Shown piece after piece: positions 10,460 to 19,033 of a DNA stretch of 46,927 nt (position 1 is the stretch's first letter; each line of letters starts with the position of its first letter). Source of the stretch: Nostoc sp. (GTDB taxonomy: Bacteria > Cyanobacteriota > Cyanobacteriia > Cyanobacteriales > Nostocaceae); contig JBALDB010000045.1 of assembly GCA_036918135.1 (NCBI GenBank), positions 1 through 46,927 on the forward strand, in the 5' to 3' direction. Made by a program: the position numbers and the translations under genes. The notes beneath the pieces are model-generated. The model saw only the letters and a program-made list of their open reading frames with translations, searched no databases and was not told the origin of the DNA.

Positions 10460-11059
10460 TCAATTCTGAGGCGAAGAATTACTTTCTTGCTTACAAGCGA
10501 GTTGTTGATAATGTTCTTTGTCGCGGTATTTAATTATTCTCATTGGTTGATTGCCAACAATTGCTAAAGGTTCAACATTCGCAGTGACAATCGTACCAGC
10601 TGCTACAATTGCTCCATCTCCAATAGAAACTCCGGGAATAATTAGGACATTTCCGCCAATCCAAACATTGCGACCGATGACAACAGGTTTATGAATATAA
10701 ACATTGTGTTCGTAGGGCAAATCATTACTTTGATAGTCGTGATTTGCAGACAAAATCACAACGTTAAATCCAAGTGTTGTGTTGTCGCCAATTGTGATGC
10801 CGCCACGTCCATCTAATATGACATCTTGTCCAATGTAGACTTTATTTCCTAAAGATACATTTTGCGGGTGTTGAATTCTCAAGTCTCGCTTGAATCGTAG
10901 ACCTAAGCCACAAAATTTTAACTGACTCTTCAGTTGTTGATGTTTATATCGCCTGATTTTGGTTTCTACGTATTCTCCCCACTCAACTAGACGAGGTACT
11001 AACCGTTGTTCAAATAGTCGCTCTAATTTATTTATAATTTTCTCTTTGATTTGTTTCAT
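10460..11059 (-). CDS. Hexapeptide-repeat (left-handed beta-helix) sugar O-acyltransferase
   Basis: ILSANHDY, PVVIGRNVWIGGNVLIIPGVSIGDGAIVAAG...GNQP. Confidence 0.88.
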   Translation of the reverse strand: MKQIKEKIINKLERLFEQRLVPRLVEWGEYVETKIRRYKHQQLKSQLKFCGLGLRFKRDLRIQHPQNVSLGNKVYIGQDVILDGRGGITIGDNTTLGFNVVILSANHDYQSNDLPYEHNVYIHKPVVIGRNVWIGGNVLIIPGVSIGDGAIVAAGTIVTANVEPLAIVGNQPMRIIKYRDKEHYQQLACKQESNSSPQN

Positions 11060-11199
11060 AAAACCTCATGGAAGTCTATTAAAGCTTGAGTTTTAACGTA
11101 ACGATGATTTTTCTGGCTATCATACCTATTTTCTGGCACTGAGGTTTTAGCTAAGTTCCCAGAATGCAGTCTCAGCGATGCAATTGTAGAACAACAAAC

Positions 11200-11430
11200 G
11201 ATAAAGCAGCACCTTGGTTTAAGCAGTGTATAGAAATCATCAAAAAACACTTGCCACAAGAACATCGATTTGTCGCACAAAGCCTCAACAACCTAGCAGA
11301 ACCTACAGTCAACAAGACAGATACAGCGAAGCCAAATCTCTGTACATCCATGCTTTAAATATTTGTCAGCGACAGTTAGGAGTGGGTCATCCAAATACTG
11401 TAACTGTGCGTAAAAATTTAGCAAATCTGC
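11200..11430 (+). pseudogene. Frameshifted TPR (kinesin-light-chain type) gene remnant
   Basis: HRFVAQSLNNLAE continues after a 1-nt slip near 11302 as YSQQDRYSEAKSLY...LGVGHPNTVTVRKNLANLR, a typical TPR C-terminus. Confidence 0.75.
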
Positions 11431-11508
11431 GCGTAAGTGTTAGCGCAGCATCTCGTAGAGAAGCCTGCCGCAGGTACATCAATCAAGCTTTTATCTGCAA
11501 GTTTCGCA

Positions 11509-11613
11509 TTTAAAACGAGAACATTCTTCTTTGAAGTGAAAATGTTCTTGTTCCAAATGAGAACGTTTCTATTTAAAGTAAGAATATTCTTGTTTCAAAC
11601 GAAAATATTCTTG
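11509..11613. repeat. Five degenerate 21-bp tandem repeats
   Basis: tttaaaacgagaacattcttc / tttgaagtgaaaatgttcttg / ttccaaatgagaacgtttcta / tttaaagtaagaatattcttg / tttcaaacgaaaatattcttg. Confidence 0.85.
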
Positions 11614-11747
11614 TTTTAAGATTTAAGGCGATCGCTTGACTGAAAATTGTTAAATTATGTGTTAATTAAACCACATAATCCCTAAACCACAGACAAGTAA
11701 AATCTTTTCTTCGCGTTCCTCTGCGCTTACCTTTGCGTCCCTTTGCG

Positions 11748-12176
11748 TTAAAAAACAATCTCCTCACTCATCCGCTGTTCCAACAATTCCAACAACCCAT
11801 CTACATCCTTTCCAGCTTCCTCAAAACAAATCGCTGGCGCAGGTTCCGGTGCAAACTGAATTAACTTAATTTCCCCCTTGCCAATCCCAATCATCACAAC
11901 TTCCACTTCTGGCTTGTGATTCTCAACAATTCCCAAAATTTCTTGTAGCCGATTTTCAACCTTATCATTTAACTTTTCTATTTGCTCTTTCGGACAATAA
12001 ACAAAATGGGGTGTTGGCTGCAAATCAATGCCAATAGTACCCTGGCTGTCACCATTTGCTAACCATAATCCCCAAAACAACGCCGCCAATTCTTTTTGAT
12101 TTGCTTTGACAAACTTATCCAACTGGCGACGCCACTTGTTATCTCCTGTTTCCGGCTGGGTACTACCAAACATCAT
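11748..12176 (-). CDS. ccmS: Beta-carboxysome assembly chaperone CcmS
   Basis: Recognised from memory of the family: KWRRQLDKFVK..Q.ELAAL.WGLWL, GIDLQPTPHFVYCP, IGIGKGEIKLIQF; about 140 aa. Confidence 0.75.
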   Translation of the reverse strand: MMFGSTQPETGDNKWRRQLDKFVKANQKELAALFWGLWLANGDSQGTIGIDLQPTPHFVYCPKEQIEKLNDKVENRLQEILGIVENHKPEVEVVMIGIGKGEIKLIQFAPEPAPAICFEEAGKDVDGLLELLEQRMSEEIVF

Positions 12177-12213
12177 AATTAATTCGTAATTAAGGGCAAA
12201 GAATGGGTGATAT

Positions 12214-14022
12214 TTATTTCAACCCACTTTGTACGCGCCAGAGACTAGAATAAATTCTATCTTTCTCCAACAATTCCTCATGGGTTCCTGATTCTACTAA
12301 TTTCCCATGTTCCATGACATAAATGCAATCGGCATTGCGGATAGTGGAAAGACGATGAGCGATCGCAATTGTAGTTCTATCTACTGTAATCCGTTCGAGC
12401 GATCGCTGGATTGCGGCTTCTGTTTCATTATCTACCGCTGAGGTCGCTTCATCTAAAATCAAGATGGGCGGATTCTTTAAGACTGCACGGGCGATCGCAA
12501 TCCGTTGTCTTTGTCCACCAGATAACTTTTGTCCTCTTTCCCCCACAATTGTCTCATAACCTTCGGGCAAGTTAATAATAAATTCGTGCGCCTCCGCTAT
12601 CTTCGCTGCCGTGATAATTTCTTGCTCTGTGGCATCAAAGCTACCATAAGCGATATTCTCCGCTACAGTGCCATGAAATAGAAACACATCTTGACTCACC
12701 AAACCAATGCAGCGGCGTAAATCCTGTAAATTCAAGCTTTGCAAATCAATACCATCCACGGTAATACTTCCAGTTTGGACTTCGTACAACCGCAACAAAA
12801 GTTTGACTAAAGTGCTTTTACCAGAACCGGTGGAACCGACAATTGCAATAGTTTTCCCGGCTGGAATATTCAAAGACAGATTTTTAATCACTGGAAATCT
12901 ATCTTTATAAGCAAAATAAACATTATTAAATTGCACTTCTCCACGCACTTCATTTACAGGTAATGCCATATTTCCTGTATGAATAGCAATGGGAGTATCT
13001 AACAAATTCATAATTCGATTAGTAGAAGCCATTGCCCGTTGATATTGGTCAAATGTTTCGCCTAATCTGGTTAAAGGCCACAGCAAACGTTGAATTAAAA
13101 ACACCAATACACTATAAGTACCGACAGACATTTTTCCCGAAACTGCTGCCATCCCGCCATATAAAAGTAATGCCGTGAACCCCACCAAAATCAGCATCCG
13201 AATTAACGGTACAAAAGCCGCAGAAAGGGCAATTGCTTTGGCATTACTGCGACGATAAGCTTCACTATCTACTTCTAAACGATAGGCTTCATAAACTTCA
13301 GCGGTAAAACTTTTAATAGTAGTAATGCCGCTAATATTATTTACTAAACGCGAGTTAATAAAACCTACCTTTTCCCGCACATCAGCGTAGCGCGGTGCAA
13401 GTAATCGTTGATAAGCAAACGAACCCCAGAGAATAAATGGCATCGGCGACAGAGCCATCCAGGCTACACTAGGAGCCAAAATAAAAAAAGCACCGCCAAT
13501 AATTAAAACTGTTGTGGCAACTTGGATAATATCATTCGCTCCCACATCCAAAAATCGCTCTAATTGGTTAATATCATCACTGAGGACAGACATTAAACCG
13601 CCAGTGCTGCGTTCTTCAAAGTAAGCTAATTCTAATTCTTGTAAATGTTTATATGCATCTAAACGCAAGTCATGCTGAATCTTCTGTGCCAAATTACGCC
13701 AAAGTCGAGCGTAGGCATACTCAAAAACCGATTCTAGTACCCAAATAATCACAGTCAGGAAAGAAATAATCAAAAATTGTCCAAAGACATCGCGTACCCC
13801 TAACTGTGCAATTATGGAATTTTGTTGTTTGACTACCACATCCACTGCAACACCAATTAAACCTGGTGGTGCCAAATCGAAAAACTTATTGAGGATAGAA
13901 TAAGTAGTCGCTAGCCAAACTTGTTTACGGTACTGATGTCCATAGTCAAACAAGCGCTGGAGAGGATGCGTAGAATGTTTACGCCTTCTTGATGCCCGAT
14001 GAGATTTTAATACAGTAGCCAC
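12214..14022 (-). CDS. ABC exporter, fused permease/ATPase (MdlB/MsbA-like)
   Basis: N-terminal TM domain; [24 protein letters not shown]. Confidence 0.95.
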   Translation of the reverse strand: MATVLKSHRASRRRKHSTHPLQRLFDYGHQYRKQVWLATTYSILNKFFDLAPPGLIGVAVDVVVKQQNSIIAQLGVRDVFGQFLIISFLTVIIWVLESVFEYAYARLWRNLAQKIQHDLRLDAYKHLQELELAYFEERSTGGLMSVLSDDINQLERFLDVGANDIIQVATTVLIIGGAFFILAPSVAWMALSPMPFILWGSFAYQRLLAPRYADVREKVGFINSRLVNNISGITTIKSFTAEVYEAYRLEVDSEAYRRSNAKAIALSAAFVPLIRMLILVGFTALLLYGGMAAVSGKMSVGTYSVLVFLIQRLLWPLTRLGETFDQYQRAMASTNRIMNLLDTPIAIHTGNMALPVNEVRGEVQFNNVYFAYKDRFPVIKNLSLNIPAGKTIAIVGSTGSGKSTLVKLLLRLYEVQTGSITVDGIDLQSLNLQDLRRCIGLVSQDVFLFHGTVAENIAYGSFDATEQEIITAAKIAEAHEFIINLPEGYETIVGERGQKLSGGQRQRIAIARAVLKNPPILILDEATSAVDNETEAAIQRSLERITVDRTTIAIAHRLSTIRNADCIYVMEHGKLVESGTHEELLEKDRIYSSLWRVQSGLK

Positions 14023-14179
14023 GGCTTTTTGCAGTTGCGTGCAACTGATATTAACACGGAATCAAGTTTTGAATCCCCACCCGAAGATTGGGGAATGCGG
14101 AGATGGGAGATAATTTTTCATTCCCAATTCTTGTACAGACGCGATTTATCGCGTCTCTCACTCATAAGGAGAGAGGAAA

Positions 14180-15028
14180 TTGAAAAGTCAGCAATTTGGC
14201 AATTGGCAAACCACAGTTTTAGGAATTGTGTTAGCAATATTAGTGATTATTGGACTAAATTCCTTTATCATTATCAACCCAGGACAAGCAGGAGTGATTA
14301 GCATTTTGGGTAAAGCGAGAGATGGCGCTTTATTGGAAGGTATTCACCTCAAACCACCTTTTATTTCTGTAATAGATGTGTATGATTTGACAGTGCAAAA
14401 ATTTGAAGTACCAGCAGAAAGTTCTACCAAGGATTTGCAAAACTTATCTGCAAGATTTGCGATTAACTTTCGCCTCGATCCCATACAGGTAGTTGAGGTG
14501 AGAAGAAAACAAGGAAGCTTAGAAAATATTGTCTCGAAAATCATTGCCCCTCAAACACAAGAAGCGTTTAAAATTGCAGCAGCTAGAAGAACAGTAGAAG
14601 AAGCAATTACTAAAAGAAGTGAATTGAAAGAAGACTTTGATAATGCATTGGGCGATCGCTTAGATAAATATGGGATAATTGTCTTAGATACTAGCGTAGT
14701 TGACTTGACATTCTCACCAGAATTCGCTAGAGCAGTTGAAGAAAAACAAATTGCCGAACAGCGCGCCCAAAGAGCAGTTTATGTAGCGCGAGAAGCCGAA
14801 CAAGAAGCACAAGCAGAAGTTAATCGCGCCAAAGGTAAAGCAGAAGCCCAAAGACTCTTAGCAGAGACACTCAAAGCCCAAGGAGGGCAATTAGTTCTCC
14901 AAAAAGAAGCAATTGAAGCTTGGAAAACTGGTGGCGCTCAAATGCCAAAAGTCCTTGTCATGAGTGGTGACTCCAAAAGCGGTGTACCATTCATGTTCAA
15001 TTTGGGGAATGTAGAAAATCAATACTGA
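14180..15028 (+). CDS. Prohibitin / SPFH (band 7) protein
   Basis: N-terminal TM helix; STKDLQ, FSPEFARAVEEKQIAEQ, AKGKAEA. Confidence 0.92.
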   Translation: MKSQQFGNWQTTVLGIVLAILVIIGLNSFIIINPGQAGVISILGKARDGALLEGIHLKPPFISVIDVYDLTVQKFEVPAESSTKDLQNLSARFAINFRLDPIQVVEVRRKQGSLENIVSKIIAPQTQEAFKIAAARRTVEEAITKRSELKEDFDNALGDRLDKYGIIVLDTSVVDLTFSPEFARAVEEKQIAEQRAQRAVYVAREAEQEAQAEVNRAKGKAEAQRLLAETLKAQGGQLVLQKEAIEAWKTGGAQMPKVLVMSGDSKSGVPFMFNLGNVENQY

Positions 15029-15195
15029 AAGGAAACTGGGGATTAGGGACAGGGGAATGGGTAAATTATCAATTACCAATTATCAATTCAATCCCTAATA
15101 CCCAATCCCAATAAAAAAGCTCAAATCTCAAATTGTATAAGGCTAGCCCCAACTGAAATACCAAAAAACAATCAACGAGATAATAAACCAAATTT

Positions 15196-15606
15196 ATGTC
15201 AACTTCCAATCATCTCTCTCTCGAAGAAGCGAAAAAAGTTCTGAATAAATTCAACTATCTAGACATAGCACCCGTCCTCAACCCATCAGAAAAAGCTGTA
15301 ATTCGTGATGCCTTAATTTTGCTCGCTAGCCTTGCTGACTATAAAATTTTAGGAATTTGTGCCGATACAGCAGAAGAAGGAATATTAGCCATGAAAACCT
15401 ATTCTCTGTCCTTTGGTTATCAACCGCCAAGCAATTTACCTACACCTGAAGGCCCAGTTTATATCAAATTAAACGGTAAAAATGGCTTGTGTTATCTCGA
15501 TTCCTATCCCGGACATCATCGTGGCGTATTAGTCTCTTGCCAATCTTTCGATGAAGACGGAATTAACGAAATGTATGGACATCTACCCTTGGATTTATTC
15601 GTCTAA
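15196..15606 (+). CDS. DUF1824-family protein
   Basis: ILGICAD, GPVYIKLN, GVLVSCQ, YGHLPLDLF C-terminus. Confidence 0.8.
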   Translation: MSTSNHLSLEEAKKVLNKFNYLDIAPVLNPSEKAVIRDALILLASLADYKILGICADTAEEGILAMKTYSLSFGYQPPSNLPTPEGPVYIKLNGKNGLCYLDSYPGHHRGVLVSCQSFDEDGINEMYGHLPLDLFV

Positions 15607-15712
15607 AATTCATCAACCATAGGTCAGCCACACACCTTACTTACCCCCTCCTTCTCTTCGTTTGCATTTCTGTGCCTTTGCATGAGAAAAAATCTATATA
15701 TTATTGAATCCT

Positions 15713-17644
15713 ATGAGTATCATTACCCTGCAATCAGTCCAAAAAGACTTTGGCATCAAAGAAATTTTAAAAGATGCCAGCTTTAGCCTCGATGCTAGCG
15801 ATAAAGTTGGTTTAATTGGTACTAACGGTTCAGGCAAATCAACCCTACTAAAAATCATCGCTGACTTAGAACCCATTGATAGCGGTCAAATCTTAATCAA
15901 CTCTGGTTCTAAAATTATCTACTTACCCCAACAGCCAGATTTAGATGAAAATCGTACAGTTTTAGAGCAAGTTTTTGCCGACAGTGGCGAACACATGACT
16001 TTAGTGGGTGAGTATGAAGAACTCTCCGATAAATTGGCTCACTATCCAGATGATAATCAACTGATGTCCCGCCTTTCTGCGGTGATGCAACGGATGGATA
16101 CAAGTAACGCTTGGGAACTAGAAACCAACGCCAAAATCATCCTCACCAAGTTAGGAATTTCTAACTTTGACGCCAAAATCGGCACTTTATCTGGAGGTTA
16201 TCGCAAACGCATTGCCTTAGCAACAGCCTTGCTAGCAGAACCCGACGTTTTACTCATGGATGAGCCAACAAACCACCTTGATGCTCTTTCTGTAGAATGG
16301 TTACAAAGTTATTTAAATCGCTATCGCGGCGCACTTTTTCTGATTACTCACGATCGCTATTTTTTAGATCGCGTCACCAATCGGATCGTGGAGATAGACC
16401 GAGGCGACATTTACACTTATACAGGTAATTATTCATACTACCTGGAAAAGAAAGCTTTAGCGGAAGAATCTGCAATTAGCACTCAACGCAAACATCAAGG
16501 CATATTGCGGCGCGAGTTGGAATGGCTCAAAAAAGGCCCAAAAGCCAGAAGTACCAAACAAAAAGCCAGAATTGACCGCGCTCACGCTCTGCGAGATACT
16601 GAGTTTAAACTAGTTCAGGGTAAAGTTGATATTTCTACAGTTGGTCGTCGGATTGGGAAAAAGGTTATTGAATTAAATAACGTTTCTAAAGCATACAATG
16701 GACGCACCTTGATTAAGGATTTTACCTACGAATTTAGTCCAGAAGACCGCATTGGAATTATCGGCGCTAACGGTGCAGGAAAATCCACTTTAATGGATAT
16801 CATCACTGGGCGAATTCAACCTGATTCTGGCAGTGCAGAAATTGGTACTACAATTCACATCGGTTATTTTGACCAGCATTCTGAAGAATTGCTCACAGCA
16901 TTAAACGAAAATCAGCGCGTGATTGACTACATCAAAGAAGAAGGAGAATTCATCAAAATTACTGATGGTACTCAAATTACTGCTTCCCAAATGTTGGAGC
17001 GATTTCTGTTTCCTGGTAATCAACAGTATGCCCCAATTCATAAACTTTCTGGTGGCGAAAAACGCCGTTTATTTCTGTTGCGGGTGCTGATGAGTGCGCC
17101 AAATGTTTTAATATTAGACGAACCGACAAATGATTTAGATGTCCAAACATTGGCAGTATTAGAAGATTATTTAGAAGATTTTGTCGGGTGTGTAATTGTA
17201 GTTTCTCACGATCGCTATTTTCTTGACCGCACCATCGACACAATTTTTTCCTTTGAAGAGGGCGGGAACCTGCGACAATATCCAGGCAATTACTCTGTTT
17301 ATCTGGACTATAAAAAAGCAGAAGAAGCAGCACAGCAACAAGCTGCTAATACTAAAGAGAAGCCGAAAAATGTCGAAGTTCAAAATGGCGCATCTTCAGC
17401 CAAAAATGCCGAAAATCAAAAGCGGCGGAGATTATCGAATTGGGAGAAGCGAGAATTTGAGCAGTTGGAAGGTAAAATAGCCCAGTTAGAAGCTGATAAG
17501 GCAGAAGCGGAGAAAAAACTCGCAAACGTGCCTCCAGGGAATTATAGCCAAGTGCAGAAATTGTATGAAGAAGTGGAATCTTTGAAGCAGGCGATCGATG
17601 TAGCGACTGAAAGGTGGTTAGAATTAGCTGAGATGGAATCTTAA
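15713..17644 (+). CDS. ABC-F ATPase (Uup-like)
   Basis: Two ABC cassettes (GTNGSGKST, GANGAGKST; DEPTNHLD, DEPTNDLD), no TM domain, C-terminal coiled coil ending ERWLEL. Confidence 0.93.
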   Translation: MSIITLQSVQKDFGIKEILKDASFSLDASDKVGLIGTNGSGKSTLLKIIADLEPIDSGQILINSGSKIIYLPQQPDLDENRTVLEQVFADSGEHMTLVGEYEELSDKLAHYPDDNQLMSRLSAVMQRMDTSNAWELETNAKIILTKLGISNFDAKIGTLSGGYRKRIALATALLAEPDVLLMDEPTNHLDALSVEWLQSYLNRYRGALFLITHDRYFLDRVTNRIVEIDRGDIYTYTGNYSYYLEKKALAEESAISTQRKHQGILRRELEWLKKGPKARSTKQKARIDRAHALRDTEFKLVQGKVDISTVGRRIGKKVIELNNVSKAYNGRTLIKDFTYEFSPEDRIGIIGANGAGKSTLMDIITGRIQPDSGSAEIGTTIHIGYFDQHSEELLTALNENQRVIDYIKEEGEFIKITDGTQITASQMLERFLFPGNQQYAPIHKLSGGEKRRLFLLRVLMSAPNVLILDEPTNDLDVQTLAVLEDYLEDFVGCVIVVSHDRYFLDRTIDTIFSFEEGGNLRQYPGNYSVYLDYKKAEEAAQQQAANTKEKPKNVEVQNGASSAKNAENQKRRRLSNWEKREFEQLEGKIAQLEADKAEAEKKLANVPPGNYSQVQKLYEEVESLKQAIDVATERWLELAEMES

Positions 17645-17710
17645 TGTGTGAATATTGTGCGTTAGAGGATGTTTTAAAAGTGGTTGGCTATCACTTGAAT
17701 TGAATTATTA

Positions 17711-17838
17711 CCCCCCTTAATCCCCCCTTATAAAGGAGGGAGACCAGAAATCTAGTTCCCTCCCCTTTATAAGGGGAGCCACTGCGTTGGGCGGCTCTGC
17801 CGACTTGAAGCAAGTGGCGTGAGGGTTAGGGTGGGGTG
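17711..17838. repeat. CCCCCCTTAATCCCCCC-type palindromic repeat with a nested 43-nt element
   Basis: Arms cttataaaggaggga / tccctcccctttataag; insert gccactgcg...caagtggcgt at 17778-17820 flanked by GA on both sides. Confidence 0.7.
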
Positions 17839-17875
17839 AAAAATAGTTGATACATCAATATGAATTTTTAGATAT

Positions 17876-18490
17876 TTAATTGCTTAAAATGCCAACTAAA
17901 ATATGAGTTAATTCAATTAATTCTTCAGGGACTCGATATAATTTCAGGTCTTCTGTTATCTGTTTTTCCTGACGATCATAGATTGCAAATCGCCAATCTT
18001 CACCAGTAGTTACAGCCCCATAAAGAAGTGGTAATTCTGAATTTATCCATTGGTCAAGTGCAATTAACTCAACTGCTAATTGTGTAAATCCTCTACTTAA
18101 ATCTGCTTGTTTCGCTTCAATGACTAACAAGCCTTTACCTTTATCAATGTAATAATCTAAGCTGCCTTTTAGTTGGTCGCTAACACTAATAGGATACTCA
18201 ATATTCAATTGGGTTTGGGCAATTTCGCAAACTTCTAGTAATATTGGTGCGATAATTGCTTGCTTGCGTGCATCTTCATTAAGTAGCTTGACGCGTCGGA
18301 GATTACGCTCAATTACTCGCTGTAATTCTGCAATTATCTCAGAGTTAAATTCTGTTTTTGGTAATTGCAACCGTTCGCGTTGATAGGAACAGCCAAGTTC
18401 AGCCAGAATATCTTCTGGGGAAAATGGCAGTTCAAAATATTTGCTGAATGTATAGCTTTGACCGGGTTGAATGATTCGGGGACGACTCAT
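17876..18490 (-). CDS. Conserved cyanobacterial protein, PD-(D/E)xK nuclease-like (HsdR_N-like)
   Basis: LKGSLDYYI...LLVIEAK, GFTQLAVELIAL, LYGAVTTGEDWRF. Confidence 0.7.
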   Translation of the reverse strand: MSRPRIIQPGQSYTFSKYFELPFSPEDILAELGCSYQRERLQLPKTEFNSEIIAELQRVIERNLRRVKLLNEDARKQAIIAPILLEVCEIAQTQLNIEYPISVSDQLKGSLDYYIDKGKGLLVIEAKQADLSRGFTQLAVELIALDQWINSELPLLYGAVTTGEDWRFAIYDRQEKQITEDLKLYRVPEELIELTHILVGILSN

Positions 18491-18550
18491 ACAGCAGTTT
18501 TCGTATGCATGGCATACACTACTCTACGATTATTCTTAACAGAATTCTAT

Positions 18551-18633
18551 GTAGGGTGCGTTGTCGCCAAGCGCAACGCACCATTTAAATATCTATTGCG
18601 GTGCATTACGGCGTTTTGCTCAACACACCCTAC
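18551..18633. repeat. REP-like GTAGGG...CCCTAC palindromic element
   Basis: gtagggtgcgttg...caacgcacc...ggtgcattacgg...aacacaccctac; shorter relatives near 7394, 28037, 14133 and 39780. Confidence 0.7.
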
Positions 18634-18637
18634 TACT

Positions 18638-18865
18638 TCATCTTTTACTTTTAGGCTTTAGAGAATCGTTTTTCTCCCTTTTATTCTGCAAGCTGCGAAT
18701 TTTAACCAGCACTGGAATATACTGTTGAATCATCCAGGTTAATGCTTCAAGGCTGAAGTTACCTTGGTCAATTCGGATTTTAGCTTGTAAACCAATTAAG
18801 AATAGTTGCATTGCCAGCAACAAAGCAATAGTTTTACCGAGAATATCTTGACGCTTGCATTGCAT
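18638..18865 (-). CDS. Small hypothetical protein with one hydrophobic helix, divergent from the NB-ARC gene
   Basis: ATG at 18865; hydrophobic TIALLLAMQLFLIGL; basic tail. Confidence 0.5.
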   Translation of the reverse strand: MQCKRQDILGKTIALLLAMQLFLIGLQAKIRIDQGNFSLEALTWMIQQYIPVLVKIRSLQNKREKNDSLKPKSKR

Positions 18866-19033
18866 TTGTTTGTACCCCAAAAAGTTGATAGATACAGGTT
18901 CTCTTTGGGGCTGTGTACTTAAGCAAATACCCCAATATTGCTGAAAATGCTTTAAAATCAGGATTTAATCAGCTTGGGGTGGTAGTTTCAATTTGGGGTA
19001 GCCCCAAAGTTCTTGCTCAATTTTTGAAAGGCA

